Assembly (NCBI GenBank): GCA_965603825.1
Contig: CBFDEM010000002.1
Span: forward strand, 496,001-560,000
Length of the DNA: 64,000 nt
Origin: Blepharisma stoltei ATCC 30299
Taxonomy: Eukaryota; Protista; Ciliophora
Direction of reading: 5' to 3'
The translations under genes and the position numbers were made by a program. A model generated the notes under the pieces. That model had not been told where the DNA came from. It did no database searches and was given only the letters and a program-made list of their open reading frames with translations. Positions 1-10,860 of the stretch are shown piece by piece; within the stretch, counting starts at the first letter, position 1; every line of letters starts with the position of its first letter.

Positions 1-1278
1 AATAAGAATTATATAAATTCATAATATTAAGCTATTAAAACTCTATAATAGTATCTTTATTTTTATCTTTTTAGTAATAAAAATCTTAATCCCAAAGTTT
101 AAATCTTCTCTAACTTCTGATTTAGTTATTTATTCAGCTTCATGGCTTAGAGTGCTTTACCAAAGACTTAAGGTTACCACTTCGTAGATTAGATTTCATT
201 TAGGATAAATTATATGATATCATGGTGACTATCTTTCATGGTCTGCATAGTGGCTACTAATAGCAAAGCCTTTTCTATCATCTTTATCATTGATAATAAA
301 AAAATTGAGAAGCAAAGCTATTGAAAAACAATGTCCAACACCCAAAAGATTTTACAAGATTTTAGTTTTGACGCAGCAGGCTCAAAAACTCTAACTATAA
401 CTATCCATTAACAAGCAAAATCATTAGTAAAAATCTTATATTTTTTGGTAAAACTAACAATCTAATTGATATAACTCATGACTATTGAAACGAAACATTT
501 AATATAATATAAAGCCCAAATTGTTAATTAATTAAATTGCGCATTACTTTCTATTATTTGCTAATTAGGGTTTTTAATTTCCTAAAGTATAAAAATTCTG
601 CATAAATATTTTAAACTAAGCCCTTTCGTAAGCGAGTAAAGCAACTTGCTCAGTCTTAAGAGTGAAATATAAAAGCTGAATAAATATAAAGTACTGATCG
701 ATTCAAAATTAGTTCACTTAGAAATATAATATTACTATTAGCAACTTCAAATGTTTTATAACTGACTCTTGAGTCTATCATTTTTAAATTTTATTTACTT
801 AATGAAGATCATTTGATAAATTAAAAGCATTATTTTTATAATTTTAAGTACTAAAGAATTCTCTTTAGAATTGGCTATGCATATTTAGATATTTAAATTT
901 CTAAAGATAATTTATTAGTCCCAAAAACATAAACAATCATAATTCAGTATACTGATTCTGTAATTATTCAAAAATTTAAGAAATGAAAAAGGAAAGAAAC
1001 TAAAATTAACCATGTGTCTTAGTCAGCAGATATAGATTTCGAAGTCAAAACTCAGTCTAAATATTTCTCGGTCCTTTTTTTTGAACTCAGACTTCTATTC
1101 AAGATTCTTCATTCTTCCTATCAATTTCTAGTAATAAGCAACTCTTTGTTTACTTATAGAAAGGATATTATAATATTATTAAGCATCTTTAAGTTTTCTG
1201 CTATTAATTATTTATTCAAAAACATTATAAAATTGTTTTGTTCAAGCCTAAACTTGCTTTCTGAATTTATGCTGAGGC

Positions 1279-2649
1279 CTAAGGTTTTGAAACAATATTT
1301 CTTTTAAAAGATGCACTCTTTTCTAAAGGCTTTTTTATTTTTGAGTTACTTTCAAAGCAGCTGTGGCGTCTTTGCTTTATTATTTCTTTAACAGAGACTT
1401 CAAATTTTGTTAATAGCTGAACTTGTAAGTTTGAAAGAGAAGCAGTTTTCCTCATCGCATTTATATTCGGGAAATATTTTTTAAACCATTCACATCCAAG
1501 AGCTTCCTTTGCATTTGGCCTCATTTTAGGTTGAGACCTTGCAAGAAACAAAATAGCGTCTATTGCTTGCCTTGAAATGTTCTTTCAAAATTCTTTAGGA
1601 AATAATATAGAGCAATCTCTATTTCTAATTAAAGTTTCTTTTTGGGTTTTACCGGAAAAAGGTGCTCTTCCAGATAAAAGTATATACAAAACTACGCCAG
1701 CACTAAAAATATCAACTTTCGACCCATAAGGTCTTCTTTTAAGTATTTCTGGAGCGACATATCCAGGGGATCCGCAACTTTGTGTAAGATCAGCATCTAT
1801 AAAGCATGCAAGCCCGAAATCACTGAGTTTTATTTTATAGTCGTTATTATCAGAAACAAATAATATGTTTTCTAGCTTAATATCTCTATGAACAACATTT
1901 TTCGTTTGTAAATATTCAAGCACTTTTAGAAGATTTCTCATCAATTTAGCAGCATTCTCTTCAGTTAAAGGGCCTTTATTTAAAATCCTATGAAGTAAAT
2001 CGCCACCTTGTGCGTAGTCAAGAACCATATGAACATGGTGTTCAGATTCATATATGCCATGAAGCTTGATTATATTCGGGTGATTCAGGGTTCTTAAAAT
2101 CTCTATTTCGTTTACTAATAATAGAAAATTTTTTTTGGTTTGAATTAAAGCTTTTTCTATTGACTTTACAGCGTAATCTTGGGAAGTTTCTACTTGTGTA
2201 GCTAGGTAAACCTGAGCAAAAGTTCCAGCTCCTAAGACTTTTTTAAAATCATAGTCATTTTTTATATCAGTCATTATTCCAATTTTTGATAAACAAGTAA
2301 GCCAATTGTCAAGATCATCTGGGAAATTGGTGTAAAAGTGACGGCATAATGCACCTTGGGTAACCCTGAAGCCATACTTTTTGCTTTTGCTGCCTTCTTC
2401 AATGAAAGGCTCAATTACCTTCCACTTTAGCGAAGAAACCTTCGTAAATGGCTGATTATCAGTTTTTGCTCTTAAAAAAGAAAAATTTGATAGGCAGTAA
2501 TATCGTTCTTTAAACGTATTTTTTGGTGTCAGTTCTGTCAAAAATCCTTTTATAAGTATGCTTGAATTAACTGTACAGTTTGAGTTTGATAAATCGCTTC
2601 AAAAATCAAGGTTTCCTGGCTGATCAAATAGAGCAAATATAGATAACAT
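1279..2649 (-). CDS. CAMK-group Ser/Thr kinase with N-terminal PH-like region
   Basis: Motifs LGAGTFAQV, AVK, HRDIKLEN, DFG, GSPGYVAPE. ORFs 1585-2541 and 1279-1551 join through TGA=Trp (FPKEF-W-KNIS). ATG at 2649, one more TGA near 2600, TAG stop. Confidence 0.9.
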
Positions 2650-3184
2650 TTTTTTTATTAAAAAATCAATTATTTTCAGTTATTAATAGAAAGAGATAAG
2701 TCTTTCGGCTATGATAATCAAAAATACCGGAAACTATTTCCGGGAAAAACCGACGTAATAGTAAAACAATTTTTTAGCATAAATTATTTTATATGCATTA
2801 GCTCTCCTTCTCCATAATCCTCATTCACGTCTCCTTCATCAGGCCAGCCTTTCTCATTATCCACTCCTCAAGGCTCTCTTCAAGATAGTAAGGAACCAGT
2901 TCCTGAAGGCGAGTTTATTGCCAATCATTCAAAAACCCTCGCACTCAAGATTTTTACCGTGTAATTATGCTGCTGCCTTTATCTCGTATCATCAAATGGA
3001 TTTAAAAATTTTATTTTTTTGATTTCTCTGCTGAATTTCTGGCTTGATGACTACTCCATAAAAATATTCAAATTGAATAAATAATAAAATATAAATAATG
3101 CAATAAATAAATATCAAACTTTGCATAATTATGGATATATCACAAAAATAAGTACTTTTCATTTCAGCATCAGGTAAATTCTTA

Positions 3185-3451
3185 ATGCGAGGAATCCGAC
3201 AATATAAATTAAACAAAGCTGCAGGAAATCCTTTTGACTCTTCTAAAATCAAGACATATATGGGTGGATTCAACACTCCAATGACACGAAAAGAAGCAGC
3301 ATTAATTTTGGGAATTAAAGAAAGAAGCTCAGAAGACATCGTATTCCAAGCATATAAACGTATTATGATGCTAAATCACCCAGACAATGGCGGATCAACA
3401 TACATGGCCATGAAAATCAATGAAGCCAAAAATTTACTAACATTAAAGTAA
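3185..3451 (+). CDS. PAM18: Mitochondrial import motor J-protein (PAM18/TIM14); start uncertain
   Basis: YMGGFNTPMTRKEAALILGI...IMMLNHPDNGGSTYMAMKINEAKNLL is the PAM18 J-domain signature. Confidence 0.88.
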   Translation: MRGIRQYKLNKAAGNPFDSSKIKTYMGGFNTPMTRKEAALILGIKERSSEDIVFQAYKRIMMLNHPDNGGSTYMAMKINEAKNLLTLK

Positions 3452-3473
3452 TTTTCCATTTACATAATTTAAT

Positions 3474-4031
3474 ATGGCAAATATTCCTTATTATATCGTC
3501 CCTCCATGCATTCCAATTCGTAAAAAAATAGTTGATGCCCAAACAGAGCTTTATAGGTCCCAAAAGAAACTTTTATATGAAGAACCTCCAATAATGATTT
3601 CTTATTATAAGAGCTTTATATCAAGAAAAAGTATTGAATTTTTTTTCGAAAATGTATTGAGACCAATGGAGTTATTTACTGATATAGAGACTTATAAAAA
3701 GAAAGAGGCTTTTTACAACCTTTATCACATTAAAACTTATATGCACATGGTCATAAAAGCACTCATTTGTGGGGTAGGAGCTTATTTTTCAATCAAAGTA
3801 GACCCTGAGTGGCTTTGGAAATACAAACTTATTTATATTCCGTATTTTCCTATTAAAGATCTCGTAAAAAGATTTGCGATAATCGCAGTTACTGGATTTT
3901 TTTATAAACAGTCTTATAGATTGGTGCCATGGGTAATTTGTTTGTGGTATCCAAATATTCTTGCTGACTTGCAGATTGGAAGTGACTTTGAGTTAGGGTA
4001 CTGGACGCAGAAATTTGTTAAAGGAATTTAA
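3474..4031 (+). CDS. Hypothetical membrane protein
   Basis: 185-aa ATG..TAA ORF with hydrophobic segments, tightly flanked by neighbouring genes. Confidence 0.7.
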   Translation: MANIPYYIVPPCIPIRKKIVDAQTELYRSQKKLLYEEPPIMISYYKSFISRKSIEFFFENVLRPMELFTDIETYKKKEAFYNLYHIKTYMHMVIKALICGVGAYFSIKVDPEWLWKYKLIYIPYFPIKDLVKRFAIIAVTGFFYKQSYRLVPWVICLWYPNILADLQIGSDFELGYWTQKFVKGI

Positions 4032-4045
4032 GTTAAAATTGCAAA

Positions 4046-6034
4046 TTAATTTTTTTTGTCTAAAACTGCAACTATAGCTGTTAAAACTTCTTCTAGACTT
4101 ATACAAACTTTGGAAGAATCTACATATGGCTGGATTTCTACTACACTACTAGTTAATTCCCTAGTATTGAAAGTTGGAAATCCATTTAATTCTTGTTTCA
4201 ACTTATTTACCATTCTTTTCAACTCGCTTGGCTTTTTAGGGTCCTCATTTCTAGCTGAAGCAGGCTTTGATTTGATAAATGAAGCCATTTTGAAAAATCT
4301 TTGAATTATTTGACAAGCTTGTGAAGTTTTTTCAGCAGAAAGTCTAAAACTTTGATCTTGAGGTGGTGGACTGTCAGCTATAGATCTGAGTTCTGGGGAA
4401 TGGCGTTCTATTCTTGATTTAATTCTGCTTATATCGATCTCTCTCTGTTTTACCTGCAATTGGCTTCCTTTGACAACATTTTTTAGTATTTCTATTTGTT
4501 GCTCTTTTTCTTGAAGCTCCTTTATATTTTTTTCCATTTGCTTTGTAAAGTTTTTATTTTGCTCACTTTCAAATTCACTTACTTTTACCTGTAATTTTTC
4601 GGCTTGGGTTTGGTACTGTAAAGCGAGCTTTTTATATTTTATTGCATTTGTGTCTTTTTTAGAGATCTCATCACGCAAAACTTGGATAGTATTTGCGTAT
4701 TTTTTACATAAATCTTTTTCGTTTTTAATATTATTTTCCAAATCAAAAAATTTCTGTTTTAGATTTTTATATTTTTCATTGAGTTCTGCAAATGATTTTT
4801 CTAGCTGATTTTTAATTATATGCTCTGCTGCAAGTTTATCATTAATTTTTTTCGTTTTTGCCTCTGAGCTCATTAGTTTTGCTTGAACATTATTCGCTAC
4901 ATTATCTAATTGATTTAAATCCGATCTTAATGCTTGTAATTGGCTTTTTAAATATTCATTATGCTGATAAATTGCTTCGATTTTCTTTTGGCCAATCTCT
5001 GCAGCCTCAAGTTCCTGCCTTTTGAGTAGCTCTATTAATTCTTTTTGTCCTTTAACCTGATTTATCAAAGGATTGCTAATTTTTTCTAATTCTTGGACTC
5101 TAAGTTCCAATTTTTTTATTTGGTCTTTTAAGCCATTGATAATTTCATCAGAGTTTTTTGTGAAATAATTTTTCTCTGGCCTTGTTTCAATTCTATTGAT
5201 TATATCAGTCTTTATATGGGTTATCATATTAGCCCCTATCTCGATTTTTCCTTTATTAAATTCGTTTATAGCACTATTTATTCTTTCTAGTGCTATCCTT
5301 AAAAAATCGCAAGTTTCTTGAGTATAGCTTTGCAAAGCCCCTGACAAATTTGAAAAACTTTCTTGGCTTTTTTGATAATTAATCATATATTCCTGTAAAC
5401 TATTTTCCAGTTCTTCAACGTTTGCGGCTTTGACCTGCAACTCATAAGATTTTATAGTCAAGTCTGAAAAATCATTATTTAATTTTTCTATTTTGCCTGT
5501 CAGATCTTTATTAATTTCACTCATTTTTTCTATAACTTCTGATAACTGTTTCACGTCATCCCGTGCATCTTCTGAATCTTTAGTTTTTTGTTTTATTTGA
5601 TTTTTTAAATGCTCTATTTCTTCTGAGATTGCTTCATTCAAGATTTCTAACTGCTCTTTTTCATGAGCCCAATTTTGAGATTCTTTGAAATATTTTTCTT
5701 GGAAATCTAGTAACTTCTCTTCTAGTAAAGAATTTTCAGATTGAAGGTCAATGATTATTTGCTTCTTATTAGGAGAATGATTAGGGGAGACATTTTCTAA
5801 TGGCTTGCTTTTCAATTGAAGTTTGAGAGTTTCGATTTCTTTATTTAATTCTGATATAATATCATCTCTGGATTTTAGCTGCATAACGACTTCATCTTTG
5901 AAATCTGAAGTCTGCTCTTGAAGCGTTTCCAAAATTCGTTTGCGAGCATTGATACGGTCATTTATTGAGTTTAAAACTTCAGTAGGATCTTTTATAGGTC
6001 TTGCTTGCTTTGACTTAGATCTTCCATGACTCAT
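4046..6034 (-). CDS. Long coiled-coil protein
   Basis: 662-aa ORF with E/K/L/Q-rich heptads. Confidence 0.85.
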   Translation of the reverse strand: MSHGRSKSKQARPIKDPTEVLNSINDRINARKRILETLQEQTSDFKDEVVMQLKSRDDIISELNKEIETLKLQLKSKPLENVSPNHSPNKKQIIIDLQSENSLLEEKLLDFQEKYFKESQNWAHEKEQLEILNEAISEEIEHLKNQIKQKTKDSEDARDDVKQLSEVIEKMSEINKDLTGKIEKLNNDFSDLTIKSYELQVKAANVEELENSLQEYMINYQKSQESFSNLSGALQSYTQETCDFLRIALERINSAINEFNKGKIEIGANMITHIKTDIINRIETRPEKNYFTKNSDEIINGLKDQIKKLELRVQELEKISNPLINQVKGQKELIELLKRQELEAAEIGQKKIEAIYQHNEYLKSQLQALRSDLNQLDNVANNVQAKLMSSEAKTKKINDKLAAEHIIKNQLEKSFAELNEKYKNLKQKFFDLENNIKNEKDLCKKYANTIQVLRDEISKKDTNAIKYKKLALQYQTQAEKLQVKVSEFESEQNKNFTKQMEKNIKELQEKEQQIEILKNVVKGSQLQVKQREIDISRIKSRIERHSPELRSIADSPPPQDQSFRLSAEKTSQACQIIQRFFKMASFIKSKPASARNEDPKKPSELKRMVNKLKQELNGFPTFNTRELTSSVVEIQPYVDSSKVCISLEEVLTAIVAVLDKKN

Positions 6035-6252
6035 TTGTTTATTCCCTTAATAAAATATAGAGAGAGTAAAATAAAATTAATGACCATTTTAGCTAATTTT
6101 TCAAGTGTATTCTTATTATATGGAATTTTCATTAGAAAATCGAAAAAATAGAATTCCCCTTATTAATATGATTTTCCTATATATTCCATAATGCTAGTGA
6201 AATCTAAATATGTTGGCTGTGGAAATAAGTGATCCATTGTAGTAATATTAAT

Positions 6253-6570
6253 ATGGCTGACTTTGACGAGCCTCTCTGTGGATGTCTACAAGATATGTTC
6301 AGTTGTCTCATTGTATTCTGTGTTCCTTGCGGCGGGCTTTGCATACAGGCTTATGCAGTTGACAAGGCAACGCAATCTGGAATGGTAGTTCCTTTTCTTT
6401 GGCCTTTATTGACATGCTGTATTGGAGCAGCTGTTAACCGTGGCCAAATAAGGCAGAAATACCATCTCGAAGGGTCTTTTATCATGGATTGCCTGTTATC
6501 ATGGCTTTGTGGCTGTTGTACCACGACTCAAGAATACCGTGAAGTTATGAATAGAGAAAGACCTAAATAA
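6253..6570 (+). CDS. PLAC8 family Cys-rich protein
   Basis: LCGCLQD..CLIVFCVPC, NRGQIRQKYHLEGSFIMDC..WLCGCCTTTQEYRE. ATG at 6253. Confidence 0.9.
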   Translation: MADFDEPLCGCLQDMFSCLIVFCVPCGGLCIQAYAVDKATQSGMVVPFLWPLLTCCIGAAVNRGQIRQKYHLEGSFIMDCLLSWLCGCCTTTQEYREVMNRERPK

Positions 6571-6635
6571 AAGATAATCTTAACTAATTTACTAAAATTC
6601 GAATTCTTATTAGAAATTATTTTACATATATAATT

Positions 6636-6875
6636 ATGGGTGATAACTTTAGATCTGGGCCTCAAAAATATAAAAACTCAAGGAAAAGAGAGCAAACTGA
6701 AAAGACACCTTGGTGGGAAAAATTGCAAACTGAATTAAATAATCGATGGAAAACGCTAGAAAGTGACCCTTCAGTAGAAATTTATAATGAGCCTGCATTG
6801 CCTCAAGCACGAACGACAAACATTAACTTTTTCGAAGAAATGAATAGATTGTGTGAAATAAACAAAAATAGCTAG
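6636..6875 (+). CDS. Small hypothetical protein
   Basis: 79-aa ATG..TAG ORF exactly filling the space between neighbours. Confidence 0.6.
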   Translation: MGDNFRSGPQKYKNSRKREQTEKTPWWEKLQTELNNRWKTLESDPSVEIYNEPALPQARTTNINFFEEMNRLCEINKNS

Positions 6876-7535
6876 TTAATTATTTTTTATATATTGTGGA
6901 GCATGGCTGTAGTCTGCTGCAACTCTAACTGTGTATTTTCCGTCTTTTAGTTCTGAAATGGTTATTGCGCAATGCCCTTCATGAACTATCCGAAAAGTCG
7001 TATTTTTCATGAATCCTGTTATTGCTTCTAGTCCAAAAAAGTGAGTAACTATTATGATCACGTCTTCTTCTAAAGAATTTATATGGTTAATAAAGCTAGA
7101 ATTTGTTCTTGATTCCATTACTTCGTAAGTTTCTGGGAAAGTTGGCTTTGGAGTTAGACTTTCTGTATATTGCACATTAAATTTACTTGAGAACCATTCT
7201 GTAGCATAAGTGAGCTCTGTTGGTGCTGATGAAAAGTGAATTGGGTTTAAAAAATCTCCAAATCCTCAGTCTATAATTAAAGGCTTATTAAATTGTGAGG
7301 ATAATGGGATTGCAGTTTGAATGCAGGCCAGATAAGGTGATGTAATAATTTTCACTGATTTTCCTGCAGGGATAAGATGGGATAATAATTGTGATGATCT
7401 ATCAGATTGAAGGATGCCTAGCTCAGTTAATGCTGGATCACCTCGGATCGGATATTCTGGGCGAAATCGGGGATGAACGCTTTCTGCTAGCTGTCCATGC
7501 TGTAGAATAAAAATTGTTTTGCCCTGGTAATCCAT
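6876..7535 (-). CDS. Histidine phosphatase (phosphoglycerate mutase-like) superfamily protein
   Basis: IFILQHGQ, DPALTELG, ITSPYLACIQTA, IIVTH motifs. Two ORFs joined by TGA=Trp at 7266. Confidence 0.82.
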
Positions 7536-7581
7536 TTTAAGAAATCTGATAGATTAAGTTAGTATAATGTGACATTAATTT

Positions 7582-8463
7582 TTATGATTCAGCTTTAATC
7601 TTGGTGCTTTCGATAAACTCATAAACATATTTCAGCTCTGTTTCTATGTCTTCTATTGATTCGTCTCAGTTTTGAGTTCCATTTATATTTTCTCCCAACT
7701 GATGCTGCAAAATCTGTATGTGCTGCTTATGTTTTTTTATTCTAAATAAATCTTACTCAGCTTTCAAATAATTTGTTTCATTTATCAGAGCTTCTTCTTC
7801 GACTTTTACATTATTTCATTTTTTAATATAATATTTCAGCCTATTTTTTTCGTTTTTTAATTTTGGCCCTATTTCTGAGCTCTGTTTTTCAATATCTTCT
7901 AAAGCAGAATCTCGACTTGCTCCTATAATTAATGAAGCAAATTCCTGAGCTTCCTTTTTAGATAAATGAACCCCGCTTCTGTTATCTAAAATTTTATCCA
8001 AAACACTTTTATGGTTATGAATAAAAGTTACATCTTTTATTTTGAAGTTTGAATTGTTTTCTCTGATCAATATGTTTAAATTATTTGAAGACCCAGACCG
8101 TTTGCTTTTGATGTGCTTTTTGATAATTTTGATTATCCTGTTTGCGTAGTTTATTTTCTCAGACGTATCCAGTAGAGATATATCAGGAAAGTCTCATAAT
8201 AAATGCTCTGAAATCATGTATTTGAGTAAAGAGTTAAGCAAATTTGTGACTTCTTCAATGGTAGAAGATGCTGAAATTTCGATCGGAAAAAAGGAAAAAA
8301 AAATTTTGTTATTAGGGGAAGCTATTTCTGATGATTTATAAAATGATGGGGAATTTTTAAACTGAAACTGTGTAGATCTTGGAGTCGGGGCTGTTGAAGT
8401 TGTTGATATTATTGTAGAACGATCACTTCGAGCTTGCAGCGAGATATCAGAATTTTTAGACAT
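7582..8463 (-). CDS. Hypothetical protein (1 intron, 3 TGA-Trp)
   Basis: Track ORFs join via TGA at 8194 and 7816 plus the 15-nt intron 7742-7756. TAA at 7582. Alternative start at 8481. Confidence 0.75.
7742..7756 (-). other. 15-nt spliceosomal intron gtaagatttatttag
   Basis: GT..AG; removal deletes an in-frame TAA and restores the ORF. Confidence 0.85.
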
Positions 8464-8833
8464 TTTAAACCATAAAGTCATATTTGGAAAAAATCAAATT
8501 TGCCTGTGTGGCTAAGGCGAAATATGGAGGTAAAAAAAAGAAATAAGAAGACAGTTGCGAAATTTAGAAGAATTCTAAATAATTAATCAATATTCAGCGT
8601 CTTCAAGGTAATTTTGTTTTCAGGAAACCTTGATAAACGGTTCTAATTTTTTGCATTACAAAATTATGCATAGATATTTTATTTAAATAATTTTTCTAGT
8701 TTACTATATTATTTTGATTTAGATTTATAATATGAATTGCTTTATTCTTTAAAATTTATTACATTTCAACTTACTATCGGGACTTAGGTTTATAACAGAG
8801 ATATGTTGTGATAATTAAAATTTACATATTAAA

Positions 8834-10480
8834 TTAATGACCTCCGCCTGTTCCACTATTATTTCTTTCGATTTCGTCAGAAGTTTCATTATTCTTTCCA
8901 CCTGTCGAATCTTTTTGAGAGTCTTCAGAATCCGAATAAATTCCATATAAATCATAGGAAGATATAATAATTTCTTCAGGATTAATAGATTCACTCTCAG
9001 ACTTTATGGAGTTCTCATTTGTGATTTTAGTAAGCTTTGATGACAATTCTGAATATTTAACAGGATAAGAAATTTCCTTATGCTTAAAATCTTGAAATTC
9101 ATCAAATTTTTGGTATTTTTCAGGCTTTGGGGTTGGCTCTGTCATGATTATGTTTGATATATTATTCAAATCTTCTTCTGGAGGAAGTTGTAACGGGCCC
9201 TGAGGAATAATTCCAATTTGTAATCTTTTTTCAGTGCTTTGCTTTGAGTTTCTCATATTTGATGATGAGCGGGGTCTACTTTGTTTTTGTGAATTGCTAT
9301 CAAAGCCTGCTATATGTGGAGTTTTTGCTCTTTTACTTCTAAAGGATGTATCCATTTTTCGGCTGCTTCTTATGGACTTTTTGGTAGCTGCCATATCATT
9401 TTTATAATTCTTTTCAAATGAAGCTTTTATGTGATTATATAAAGGGCATTCATGAGGAATAAAATGTCTAGCTAGATCAATAGCTTTTTTGTGCCAGTTT
9501 TTACCTTCTTTGCCTTTAAATTGAGATTTTTCGACTCCAGCTAAAAATCTTATTTCTGTGGCTAAGCAGAAATGGCTGACCATAAGCAGAAAGATTTTAT
9601 CAAACATTAAATCTCTGGTCAGTTCAGACTGGATTCCATAATTTGATTTTAAGTCAAAAAGCGTAATTTTATGCAAATTCATCACATCTTCAATATTATA
9701 CGTATAAATTCAGTCATTATGATGATGCACCCCTAGCACATTTCTCAGCTCAATTTTTGGAGGTTTTGAGCTGTTTTTTTTCCCTGTGTTTTTTTCCTTC
9801 AATTTTTCATCAAGAAATTCCAAAATCGGCAGTGACTTTATGACGGAGTCATGGAAATTCTTATAATGGGGACTTTCAAATAGTTTATATTGTGGATGTT
9901 CTAATACTCTTGACCTGAACCTTGACGAACTGATAATTTTTCTATGCCTTTGCAGATGATCTATACATGCATTCAAACAGTCATTAATTATAGCATGACT
10001 TTTCTTAACAGCCAATTTTGCATGATTTAGAGCCGCTTCATGCTTATTTAATTGCGATAAAACTGCACAGAGCTGTATATGGGCCCGACATTCATATTTT
10101 GCCTTTTTAAGCTTGTTTGCAAGAGTATTTGATTTATTTTTGTCAGTGGTCACTAAGAATTTCGACTTTATATTGTAAAGACAGCCATCTAGATATGACG
10201 CGCAGTCATCAAGAAGTCCGAGCCTAATAAACAGTTACTTTTGAAAACATAGCGCTGAGTTGTGTATTGTCAGTAAAATAAAATCTGGATCTACAAAGCC
10301 GCCTTGGGTAGTTATCGCTTCTAAAAGTTCTTCACTTTGAGAGAGAGCATTCAAGGCATTTTCAAATTCCTCTTTTTCAATGAAATAAATAGCAGCGCTT
10401 GAGTAGTCTGTCAATAGTTTTGGGATATCGCCTGAGTTATAAATACCTTCGGAAACAATGTTTTCATAATCGCTATCCAT
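8834..10480 (-). CDS. TPR-like helical protein with low-complexity C-terminus
   Basis: Three track ORFs join through intron 10224-10238 and TGA=Trp at 9710. Segment QLCAVLSQLNKHEAALNHAKLA is TPR-like. Confidence 0.8.
10224..10238 (-). other. 15-nt intron gtaactgtttattag
   Basis: Removal gives CFQK-LGLLDDCASYL in frame with the downstream ORF. Confidence 0.85.
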
Positions 10481-10860
10481 ATTATTTTTGTTTATTTTGT
10501 CCTTGTAAAGTCCAAGATTTCATTATTTTTGAATTATAAAAAGAAAGGAAGGTATAAGAAATCTTTGGAAGAAATATGAAAAATATGCTATAATATAATT
10601 TATTAGCATCACAATATAAAATTTTGGCAGTTAAATTTCGATAAATAATTAAATCTTTATCCTCTAATAATTTTCTCAACATTTCAAATCCACAAATTTT
10701 CTTCCAAACCAATTTTCTCTCCCTTATCTTCTATCTATCTTTCTCAGCTACAAATTCTCCTGAATCTCTTATTAAGCCTTTTCCCCTAGTAAACACATCT
10801 ATCCTTATTGATTAAAAAGCGGTTAATCTCTATTCATATTTAAATTAAAAAGCATCGTTA

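Noticed and set aside
2992-3339. 115-aa minus-strand ORF
   Set aside because: Antisense to PAM18 and runs through AT-rich spacer; no recognisable motif.
10482-10712. Short track ORFs in spacers or antisense to genes (e.g. 10482-10712, 14268-14456, 11649-11882, 56493-56834)
   Set aside because: Non-ATG starts, low-complexity AT-rich translations, or antisense to well-supported genes.
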